DNA from: Girardia tigrina | Taxonomy: Eukaryota | NCBI GenBank assembly: GCA_001938485.1 | Contig: MQRK01229322.1 | Coordinates: forward strand, 4,949-68,948 | DNA: 64,000 bases | Reading direction: 5' to 3' | Part shown: positions 53,901 through 64,000 of the stretch, in pieces | Position numbering within the stretch: the stretch's first letter is position 1 | Layout of the letters: each line of letters starts with the position of its first letter | Program-made: the position numbers and the translations under genes | Notes under the pieces: model-generated | What the model was told of the DNA's origin: nothing | The model's database searches: none | Seen by the model: the letters and a program-made list of their open reading frames with translations, nothing else

Positions 53901-54093
53901 TTTATTTAAGCCAATAAAATTTAAACTAAATATTTTTTAATAAAATAATTTTCTCAAGTATAGTTCAGATTAATGAGAGATATTGAAAATTGAGTGATGG
54001 ATTATAGTGAAAGCAATGCTATTGATCATCATAAAGATGATAAGAAATGTGAATGTAATAAATGTTCTGTCAAATGTGTGAGTTCTCTTAACA
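50944..54093 (+). mobile_element. Gypsy/Ty3 LTR retrotransposon, internally deleted: 73 bp of 5' LTR, decayed pol (RT, RNase H, integrase), PPT, 3' LTR 53643-54093
   Basis: SSPWNFPLV, RVCVDY, YLDDI, FLGLTNYYRKF, LDTDAS, TRKELLA, RTDHK, H2C2 remnant, IDQFSRY, DRGKAFES, PYHHNTNSIIER; PPT GAGGGGGA before TG; no TSD match found. Confidence 0.95.
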
Positions 54094-54109
54094 TGGGAAA
54101 TTCTCTTAA

Positions 54110-55600
54110 ATTGGGAAAATAACTTCTACGAGTTTATGGTAAGTAATTACTCTTTCGACGAAATTTTCCATAACCCTTTTTTATAAATGTGGCTGAATTT
54201 CTTTAATACATCATTTAACTTTCTTCTTGAATGAATGTTGACTTCTTGTTAAAAACTTTTGACTTCAAAAGAAATCAAATTACGCTAAATCACACGACCT
54301 AGACCCTAAATTCTAGATGGTCGACTCTGATTAAACGATAGAAAACACGACCAGGTAATGCATCCTACAATAATTCAATTGTTTTTCGAGGTGTATAGTA
54401 TTTGACCAAGTCTTACTAAAACCACATTTCGTCTACATTGATATCATTCCTATTAGGAAAAAAACTGTTATCCTATTTCGAAATAACTAACAGTCATTGC
54501 TTTATTAGTCTTACATTCAAAGAAATTTTAAGTGACCTCATACATTGTTGACAATATTTATCCTTGTGATATTCCGTAGTAAAGCCTTCATTCATAGAAA
54601 TAATTCTTGATTTAGATAAAATGTGTATTTTTAAAATCTTTTTCGAACAAAAATATTTAATTTATTTATTAATAATTAAATTATTAATTTTTAAGAAATA
54701 ATAAATCAAAATGTTAGTAATAATTTAATTTCATATTTTTATAATTTTCATATTTAATTTACTTTTTAAAAATGGTAAGTCAAGATTTTGAAATCAGTGC
54801 AAACAATATAAGTTCAAAATCACTTCGGCTTCAGTTAAATATCAATCAACCATCTGGGTAAGAGGGATACATCTGTAAAAAAAGAAAAAGAATTTACGAA
54901 AGACCACGCACTTCATTATTCTAAATAGATCTCACAAGAAGTATGATCCTATAATACATTCAGCCAAAAATCTGCATCAAACAGTAGTATGTTGTAGGTA
55001 CGTTTTTTTCGACAGTCATATGTGGGTTCTCTGAACCTAAATGCGGCAATTTTAACGATTTTAACAAAACCCTCAAGGAGAAAATATGTTTGATTTCACG
55101 AAAAAGATTTTTGTTTTAAAAATCAGCATCTACCTTTTGTTGTTCCATATATTCCATTCAATGTGAATCATCATTCGGCTTCAGTATTAAGGTATTAAAC
55201 TTTATGAGTATTAAGGTGCATGTCTTCAGTAAGTCTTACGCTGTAGAGAGTTTCTTGAAATCTGCAGTTCTCTACCACGACGCCGAATTGATGTTCCTGA
55301 ACTTTCACCAATAATCTCAGGCACTGTTTCGATAATAATAATTGTGCATTTTTGCTTGAACGACGAGTGTGTTTAGCATCACAAAATGATCCAGTCCCTT
55401 TGACTTATTTCAATTACTCTTTTCAAATTTGAAGAAGGTAACTCAATATCCAAATCATATTTTACACTAAAGTTTCGAAATATAGCTGCAGAACTTTCAT
55501 TATTTTTAAAACATTGCTCAACAATTAAAATACGTTGTTCTGAAGTGTAATTTTCATTTTTACTAACTTTAAACTATTAGCAGTCTATTAATTATTAAAT
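54110..55600 (-). mobile_element. Decayed rosa/DD41D-like transposon interrupted by a solo LTR
   Basis: EQRILIVEQCF, GSENPH, IIGSYF|FE (split by the LTR), MWF, RSCDL..DFF; approximate limits. Confidence 0.7.
54526..54936 (-). mobile_element. Solo LTR of a diverged family in the same Gypsy clade
   Basis: TGTGAG...CTTAAAA (CA>AA); TSD AGAAA/AGAAG whose removal restores the DD41D YFFE motif; CAGATGG motif; terminal peptide HKDKYCQQCMRSL. Confidence 0.75.
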
Positions 55601-55760
55601 AATTTTAAAATATTTAAAAAAAAATAGAAGTTCCCAAAGTTGTTACCCCGTAATTATTTCTTGACAATTTAAGAATCCTTTATGTGGTTATTGGTTAGAT
55701 AGATAACTTGCTGCAAAAGTCAGATTTTTTATATTTTGATTTATAGATTTTAAAATAATA

Positions 55761-56278
55761 TAAGGTCGTCAAGTATGAACTCCTTAGAACACCAATATCT
55801 TTATCAAAGTAGGCACCAATATTATCGAGACAGTTTTTTTCCATTTGAGCGGCAGCTTGTTGAGGCCATTTGAATAAAAATTTAGTCGGTAAGAATCTAT
55901 AAATTCCTGGTAGGCCATTTTACAGCATCTTCAGAACCCCGAGACTCATTATTCAGGTTAAAATTATCCTTCACGAATTTTCTGAACTAATTTCAGACTG
56001 TCTGCTATATAGTAACATAGTATCCAAATACACAATTGATGTTGCTCATGGTTTGGGAGGAACCGGTTCCTCGTAAAAACTCGCACTTCATATAAGTTCA
56101 AATTTCTACCTTTTCCATTTTTTAGAATACTGATTATTAAAACATACTAATTTTAATTATTTATTATTGATGTGTTTAATGGCCAAGATATGTAGCAGTA
56201 AAACTAAAAAAATGAGCAACAAAATGTTAAGTCATTGTCAAATTATTACAAATTACAAATTTCAAACTGACAACCTAA
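55761..56278 (-). mobile_element. Internally deleted mariner
   Basis: Imperfect TIRs TAAGGTCGTCA / TGACAACCTAA; N-terminal EFLRG...NINCVFG and C-terminal FYSNGLNKLPLKW..GAYFD. Confidence 0.7.
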
Positions 56279-57467
56279 TTACAGAGCAAATACATTTTTG
56301 AATCATGATAATTAAAAATGCTTTTAAAAATATATTTAGAAAAATTAGATTGAAAGCCATTTTTATTTTATTTATTTTTATCTTCTTGCCTATTCCCAAA
56401 CATCTCATTGAAAACTTCCAGGATATTAATCTTCAAATGGAATCCATCTGACCACTATAACATATGTAGTCGGATGGAAATCTAATGTATTTTCAAGATA
56501 TTTTTGCCTCGATATCAATTTGAAAGCCTTCTAAACTTTTTCCTGTTGTTTATTTAAAATAATTCTGAAAGCTACGTCACTACAACAGAAACCTTCAAAA
56601 AACAACATTCAAAAAACATTCTAGAACTAGAATAAAATTCCTAGTCAAGTAAATTATTAAATAAATGAAAAATGTTTGGTCTTCACAGAAAACCGAGACA
56701 AAATATTAAGTAGAATTTGAAAAACTGACAAGGTTGAAAAACAAAATTTGAAAATTTTTCTTTCTTTCCAAGTTTTTCTAAAATATTTTTTGGTAAATAA
56801 CACCAAAAACTATTCTAAAAATATTTTTTTTCATACCAAAATCAATGTTATGACCAGTTATTTTGGCTATTCAAATTGTAGAAATTCTATCTGGCTTCAA
56901 GGTGTATTTATAAATAATAGTTTCTATTGTTAAAAAAAATTTTAATTTCATTTACTCCAGGGGTCAAATACTTAGACCAAAAATAGAGACAAGAATTAAT
57001 ATTATCCATAGCTACAAATAAATTTTTTATTCAATATTTTCAAAAACTTAACAAAGTGCCATTGTCCTTTTTTTTCTCAAAAAATTCAAAACCAATAAAG
57101 ATTTATGGTGGGCATTGATCCTTAGAATATATTACGACATTTCACACTAGAAAAATCACATAGCTGCACTTACTATTTTCGATCGAAGCTTATTTCTAAA
57201 AAAATAATAATTTAAGCCAAATACATCAATAAATACATTGTTACTCTTTGTTTTGGAACATTTTTGTAAAAAATTAATGGCATGTTTTTTGTTACTCAAT
57301 TTTACACACAGAATTCAAATGATCATGATTCATTGTAATATTTAACTTGTATGGTTTCTATAATCTTCTTGAGGTAAGTTAATAAAAAATACAAGTGCAT
57401 AAAATTAAAAACTCATGACTAACAACTGCAATATCAAACTTGGATATTAAATTTGATGAGTATCATT

Positions 57468-58766
57468 TAAGGCATGCAGACCCGGGTAATCCGGTAATAT
57501 TCCTAGAACCGTTACCCGGTTGCGACTAAATCTTAGAACGGGGTAACGGTTTCAAAAAAAATTGTACAATTGTATTTAAAATTTTCTCTAAAATTTTTTC
57601 ACTATAAATCTATGTTTTTTTGTTTTCCACTGTAAGAAACGTGTAGATAATATAAAACATAGTAATATGGTGACTGAATTCCATTCAATGATCAAAAAGG
57701 TCAGATCTGTAGTAAAATTATTACGAAAATCACCCACTAAAAATGATCTGCTACAAAAATATGTAAAAGAAGAGCTTGGAAAAGAAATTCACTTGATAAT
57801 TGATGTAAAGACACGTTGGAATAGTCACTACTTAATGTTGCAACGATTTAATGAACTTAAAAGCTGCACGCTCAAAGCTTTAATTGATCGGAAGTCAAAC
57901 TGGTCATTTGAAGAAGACGAATTTTGTAAAATTTACAATTTGGCAACGACACTTGAACCTGTGAAATTAGGTGTCGATGCGTTATGTCGTCACGATGCAA
58001 CATTACATTCTGCTGATACAACAATTTCATTCATGTTGAACAATTTTGGTAGTAGTGATTTTACTATTTGATTAAAGAATAAACGAGCGACGAACAAACG
58101 CATCAAGTTTGTTGCAATTTTTGCACAAACAAAACCAAGAATATGCCGATTTAGATCCATTGCTAAAATTTAACGTTTATCCAAGGCAGCTATTACATCT
58201 ATGGTAATTCAGCTATTAACATTGTCCGATAACAACTTATCTGATTCTGAATAGCAAGACGAAGTCATTCACGATGACAACCGTAACATGACCTTATGAG
58301 AAAGACTAGACGATGTCATAGAAAAGGCAACAATTGTGAAATTATTGCTAAAAGCCGAACATCCAAAGTATTACAAACATAAAAAAAAGAAATTTCAATT
58401 TTTGAAGTCGAAGGTTGCCAAAGGGCAAACCTCGAAAGATGTTACAATAATTTAAATTCAATAAAACCGGTAAGTGTAGAGTCAGAACGAGTTTTCTCTG
58501 GGTGTGGACATATTATTACAAAAATAAGATCATCCTTGAACAATGACACACTGGATAGGTTATCTTTTTTGAGATCACACTTTAAATCGGAAAATAAATA
58601 ATTGATAACTGTTCTTTGTATTTTTTTGTTTGATAATAAAGTTATTTTAAAAATCTACATTATTTCAGCTATTCTCAGAACCGGGTCGGAACCGGGTACC
58701 CAGTTTTCAATAAACTCAGCAACTAAAACCCGGGTTTAAAAAAAATTTACGGTTCTGCATGCCTTA
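57468..58766 (+). mobile_element. hAT transposon, internally deleted
   Basis: TIRs TAAGGCATGCAGA / TCTGCATGCCTTA; 8-bp TSD GTATCATT/GTATGATT; DVKTRWNS and SIKPVSVESERVFS motifs. Confidence 0.9.
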
Positions 58767-59466
58767 GTATGATTGTTTTATATCAGTTTTTTGGGATACA
58801 GTTTTGAAAAATTCCAAGACAATAAAACTTTTTATTACGATTGAGTTTTGGAATCTATATTTAAATGTATGCAGGAATCTGAGTTGAAATAGTTACTTTT
58901 CTATCGACTCTGACTCCATTCCATAACCCTCTGAAATATAACTTTAAAAATATTTTCTTTCGTGTTAGATTACAAAACAGTAAAATTTCCTAAAAATTAA
59001 GAAAGATTTATAGAAATTAAAACGCATTTAATGAAACAGCTAATCAAAATTCTGATATTTCAATTAGTGTAGATGGTGATCATACTACTTTGTCATTTAT
59101 TATTTCAAAAATAAAGTTATTTTATATTTTTTTTATTATTTGGTTCAGTGATTTTTTATTATTGTAATATTTTTCAAGAAAAATAAATGATCACCATAAC
59201 ATATGCAATAAAATTTTCGTAAATTCATTATATAAGATTAAGATATTAAGTTTTATGAAGTATACTTTATTTAATTCAAATCAATGATGTTTTTTCTCTT
59301 TAACCCCTATTAATATAAAAGCTGTTTTCAAAAAGACAGTTTTTAAAATAGGCAAGTATTTAAGATCATTACAATGATACAGATGTACACGCAACAAAAG
59401 ATTAACCCTAACAGCTGAAAAGCGAACACATCTAGTTTCAAATAAACTATATATTTGCAGACTTCA

Positions 59467-59468
<2 letters not shown>

Positions 59469-59511
<43 letters not shown>
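59469..59511. repeat. (TA)n microsatellite
   Basis: Direct inspection. Confidence 0.95.
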
Positions 59512-59515
<4 letters not shown>

Positions 59516-60577
59516 AATTTTGATTTTGATTTTATTATCATACTTAAGAAATAATTTCCATTTTCATGAATATACCGGAAAACTAATTGCGATTTTTGAC
59601 AGTATAACATTTTGTGATGGTTTAATGAATCTCAAATGTCCTATTAGTTAATTCTTGCAATTTTATTGGCCTCCACTATTTTGCATATATAATTGGTCAG
59701 GAATAAATAAAATTTTAACGGCAGAATGGCTATTCTCTTGAGAGAATCTTGAACAAACATGTCAGTTTTAAATATCTATTCAATAATAATAATAATAATC
59801 ATTGTAATAATAATAGTAATATTAATAATAATGATAATAGCAGAAATATTTTTAAAATAAACAGTATAAACTTGACTTAAAATGCTAACAATGCATATTG
59901 TTTTTTGTTTATTACTTAACCCACAGGATCGGAATTTCGATTATTTTTTAAAATGAGTTAAATGGTCATTATAAAAGTAATGCTAAATATTAAAAATATT
60001 TTTATGATAATAAAATAATATTATTTTTTATGATAATAATAAAATATTATGATAATAATAATATTCATAATATCCTTGCATTCTATTAAGTGTTATAATT
60101 ATTATTATGTCGAAAAAAAGAAAAATAAAAATAACAATAATGATAAGAATAATAAACAGAAGAATCAGAATATAACATATTAGCAAAATATGTAATAGTT
60201 GTGGTAATAACTAAAAAATAAAAAAAATAATAATATTTTGTTGCAAGTTTAAAATATTTTTCATCAATTTGAAATATCATTGAAGAAATTTTATGAAATT
60301 AATTATCTTTTGTAATTTGTAGAAAAATAATTTTGTTTTTTTTTCAAAAAGAAATTTATATGCGATTATCCAATCAAAATACAAGTTACATTTAGAGTTT
60401 TTTAAAACTAAGTTTTTATTGGTTAATTAACTGCATTCTACTAATCACTTTTTTTATAAAAATGAATTCAAAATATTTTGAAACTAGAAAATAAAGTTTT
60501 TTTTAATTATTATCAATTTATTGTAATTTTCAAATGAAAATTAATAATTTTAATTGAAAAATTATAATTTAGAAATT

Positions 60578-62364
60578 ATGGATGACAATCAAAAAGAAAT
60601 GCTTTGTAAATTAGCTGATTTACAATCATTGATCAATGCATCTGACCCATCTAGAAATCAAATAATGCCCTTTCCGTCTAATCGGAGAATTCTCGATCCA
60701 ATTTCAACAATTTTTGGAGAAATGCAGGACATGCACAATCCTCTTTTATTTCCTTTAGTTCAGAAGAATCTTTTATTACAGTTTCATCCAGTATTTAGCA
60801 GAGCTTTAGTTTCCAATTTATATAATCACAAAGTATATCCAATTCATTCTCTTCCAAGATATCCAATTGGACTTCCACCAATACATAGTTGGAAACATAA
60901 TTTTCCAACCCCGGTTATTGGGCCACCGATTCCGCCAAATACAACAATTATATCTAACTTAAAAAAATTCAGTTCAACTTCCGAATTACAGTAGGTTGAT
61001 TTAAATTTCAATAACATATTTTTTTTGTTTGTTTGCATATATTTTTAAAGGTTTAACTACATAAACAAAATATTAATTGAATATTTATCCACATTATTTT
61101 TTTTGTCAATGTGTTACTTGTTTGAAATCAAACTACTCAAATTTCATTATAGAATAAATAATTTATTATTTTCAACACAGTTAATTGAAAGGTTTATTTC
61201 CCTTTTTTACAAATAATTAAATGAAAATATTGTTTTTCGTCACTTTTAACATTTTCCGTACGTGAAAAGTTAGTTTTTCATTGTGTTTATTTTATTTTCT
61301 TAAAAAAAGTAAATTTGTGAGCAGTTTGATTTTATTTTATGAAGATCAATCAAATAAATGATGTCCATAGTTTTATATCAATAAAAGTTAAACAACCAAT
61401 TTTCTTTTAATGTACAAAACATATCAAAAAGTTAAACTTTTGATTTTTTGAAAAAAAATTGGTTTTCTTTGATTAAATTTTTGAATTTTTCTTTAAATTA
61501 TGTTTGATTTGATAATAAATTTTTTTCAACAGAAAATTTTTTAAGATTTCTTTTTATTTATTTCATAAAAAAAGATTAAGTGAATTATTTAAAAAATATT
61601 TAAATATTTGCAAATAATTATATAATTTTTTAACAGTTCTTGAGTAGTACGTTATTTTAATTAATAAATTAATGGATGCACATCAGAAATTGTCGTAATA
61701 ACTTATCGAAATTTATTTCATAGGAACAAAAACGTTTTTAAGATGTCATCATATTTTGTAATTTAAATAATTTTTGTTTATTATATATTTTAGACAAGAT
61801 TCTCTTAATTCTTCAATATTTGAATCGAAAGAATCACAGGAAGCCAACAATATCAATAAAGCTGCATTTAAATTAATAATACCCGTTACTGATACTCACG
61901 AAAAGAACGATGTCGAAAACTCAAAAATTTTGGGAAATAAGTGTGGAAATAACGAAGAAAATAATTTAAATATCGATACAAATGGGGAAATAGACTCCAG
62001 GCTCACAATGTATAGTGGATCAGAAAAGTCTTGGAGTGAAAATAAATCTTTACAGCCAAACAAAGAGGGAATCTTTTATTGTCATGTTTGTGACTATAGA
62101 GGTTACACAGAGCTTTTAATAAACCTTATAAAATGTATTTTAACAGGCACAAATCAAGAAGGATTTCTTAATCATCTTCGAGGACATTATGATTTTAAAT
62201 GTGAAAAGTGTGACTACGCGTCAAGAACAGAGGGAAGATTAAAACGACATATTAAAGATTTTCATTCTGAAATTCCGCCGGATAATTTTTCAGGACAGAA
62301 AGCTGTGAAGCATATACCGAAATTTCATAAATGCAAACACTGCAGTTTTGTATCAGAGTCAAAG
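60578..62364 (+). CDS. hb: hunchback-like C2H2 zinc-finger transcription factor, 3'-partial. Exons 60578-60990, 61794-62101, 62147-62364
   Basis: Phase-compatible GT-AG introns. Finger 1 CHVC-X12-HLRGH, finger 2 CEKCDYASRTEGRLKRHIKDFH (signature of the N-terminal fingers of lophotrochozoan Hunchback), and start of a middle finger HKCKHCSFVSESK. First exon is Pro-rich and less certain; remaining exons lie beyond the window. Confidence 0.82.
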
Positions 62365-62599
62365 GTTAAAAATAATTATTTTTCTTTAATTAAATATTTA
62401 AATTTAGAAAAAAATTATTTTATCGATTGACATTTGTTTTTAACTAAAATTAACGATTGATAAAATTAACTAGCCTTAAAAAAGTCTATCTTTAACGCTA
62501 CTTTTTGAATGCATCAAGTTATAAATTCGTTGAAACATTGATAGGGTAATCTTTATTGTATAATTATTAATCTGGATGAAAATTTTTAATAAAAAAAAT

Positions 62600-63190
62600 T
62601 CATCCATTAAAAAAATATTTTTAGAGTCAATATATTTTGATGGATCAAACGTCATCTTCAGGTCACTGATTACTAATTTAATTAACCTATTTATAAATGC
62701 AAAGTAATGATTATATAATCAACAGCATGAAATTATTCTAGTAAAAAATTTTCACTAAGGTGGTTGAGACTGCCTATTGAACATTGATTTTATGACAACA
62801 TGAACTGATTAACAATGTTTCACACGACAATCTCTCCAAATAACTATCAAAAATGCTTAAACCGAATCTTAAAATTATCAATATTAATATCACATTTACA
62901 TTTTCCCTTTGTTCTACAATATTGGTATTACCTCTTTTCGACCATGTTCTTGAATTCGTTTAAAGATATGATAGACAGTCTCTCCAATGTATGTGGTATC
63001 ACACCCATTGTGTTTATATTCATAAACAATATCATAAAAATGTGTTAAATGTGTAATAAATTTATTACTGAACATATTCTGAATTTTATGAGATCGTGAT
63101 ATACTTATTAAATTTAATTCATTGTTAGTTGTTTTAAAAAATTCATTTTTAAAGTTCTTAAATTCTTCGAATAAGGTAAAATTAAGCAAT
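62600..63190 (-). mobile_element. Penelope 3' fragment (GIY-YIG) with decayed hammerhead (62626-62664)
   Basis: DIVYEYKHNGCDTTYIGETVYHIFKRIQEHG; CTGAAGA...aAAATATATT. Confidence 0.8.
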
Positions 63191-63249
63191 ATTTAGGCAT
63201 ATGATTAATATCTAATATTACTTCGATAATAATTATAACTAATAATTTA

Positions 63250-64000
63250 GTTTCTTAGAACCATCAGGAGAGGCGAACCGTAACAAACAGGGTCATATTT
63301 GTGATAATCTTGTAAAAGTTTTGCATCCAATAGATTCTCCATGATCCAATTTATATAGACCTATTAAGGTACATAAAAATGGAATCCTTTTAAGACCCAT
63401 TTTATCGATTATTAGAACGTCTCCGTATATGTAGTGAAATATCTTGACATAAAATTAAAACCTTTGTTATCATCTGAATTTATTTGACGTGATAGGTTTC
63501 AATTTGCTGATTTAAATTTGCTAATAATAAAATGCAGAAGATGAATTTATGGTTTCTTTTGATATCTCTAGTTTATATAAACTAAGTTTCTTGTTACATC
63601 AGAATGGTTATTCTAAATCTTTTCTTAACAAATTAATATTGGAAAGTGAATAAGATAGATAGTTCGAAAAATCAGAATTAAATTTAAAAAGTATAAAAAT
63701 AAAAAATGTAATGGATACAATACCACATATTTTAGAGAGACTACCAATCATCTCTGTAAACGAATTCAAGAAAATGATGGAAAAGTGAGTATGAGTAACA
63801 TTACAGATCATAGAAAAAAATGAAAGTGTCATATTAATATTGATAATTTCAAGATTCGGTGTAAGAATTTGTATAGTTATTTGGAGAGTGTCGTGTGAAG
63901 CATTGTTAATTAGTTCAAGTTGCCATAAAATCAATATTCAATCGGCAGTCTCAACCAGATTATTGAGAATTTTTGATTACCCTCTTTTCCCATTATAAGC
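63250..64000 (+). mobile_element. Penelope fragments (RT part and GIY-YIG end), inverted relative to 62600-63190
   Basis: KVHKNGILLRPILS, MVSFDISSLY, KRIQEN; ~63700-63990 is a diverged inverted copy of ~62730-63030. Confidence 0.8.

Noticed and set aside
59780-60280. ORF 60086-60280 and AAT-rich tracts
   Set aside because: Low-complexity AT-rich sequence giving a spurious Y/F-rich ORF

Overview
This is an AT-rich eukaryotic genomic window with several N-gaps. The host is probably a free-living flatworm/planarian-like lophotrochozoan, inferred from base composition, 41-45 nt minimal introns and the transposable element (TE) repertoire. There are two host genes. (1) The last 11 coding exons (1096-41164, +, 748 aa reconstructed) of a kainate-type ionotropic glutamate receptor, whose large introns are filled with TEs. 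(2) The first three coding exons of a hunchback-like C2H2 gene (60578-62364, +). The 15.4-kb intron after the pore-loop (Q/R) exon holds a nest resolvable by target-site duplications (TSDs): a hAT element contains a deleted Polinton/Maverick (protease, major capsid, packaging ATPase; itself hit by a Penelope fragment) and an RTE-like LINE with C2H2 fingers; a separate Penelope and a Buster-type hAT flank it. Also present are Chapaev3, Helitron, mariner, DD41D-like, pogo, IS630/Tc1 and Gypsy elements, plus captured host-gene fragments (SNAPIN, PRUNE, one unidentified GC-rich piece). Most notable signals: (a) a Gypsy LTR clade whose Gag ORF starts inside the LTR and reads across its 3' edge with no tRNA primer-binding site, with a His/Cys peptide conserved in four diverged LTRs; (b) Polinton terminal inverted repeats (TIRs) built from phased arrays of RFX X-box-like palindromes at 21-bp spacing; (c) covarying minimal hammerhead ribozymes in the Penelope copies. 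All homology calls come from motif recognition by eye, not from database searches.
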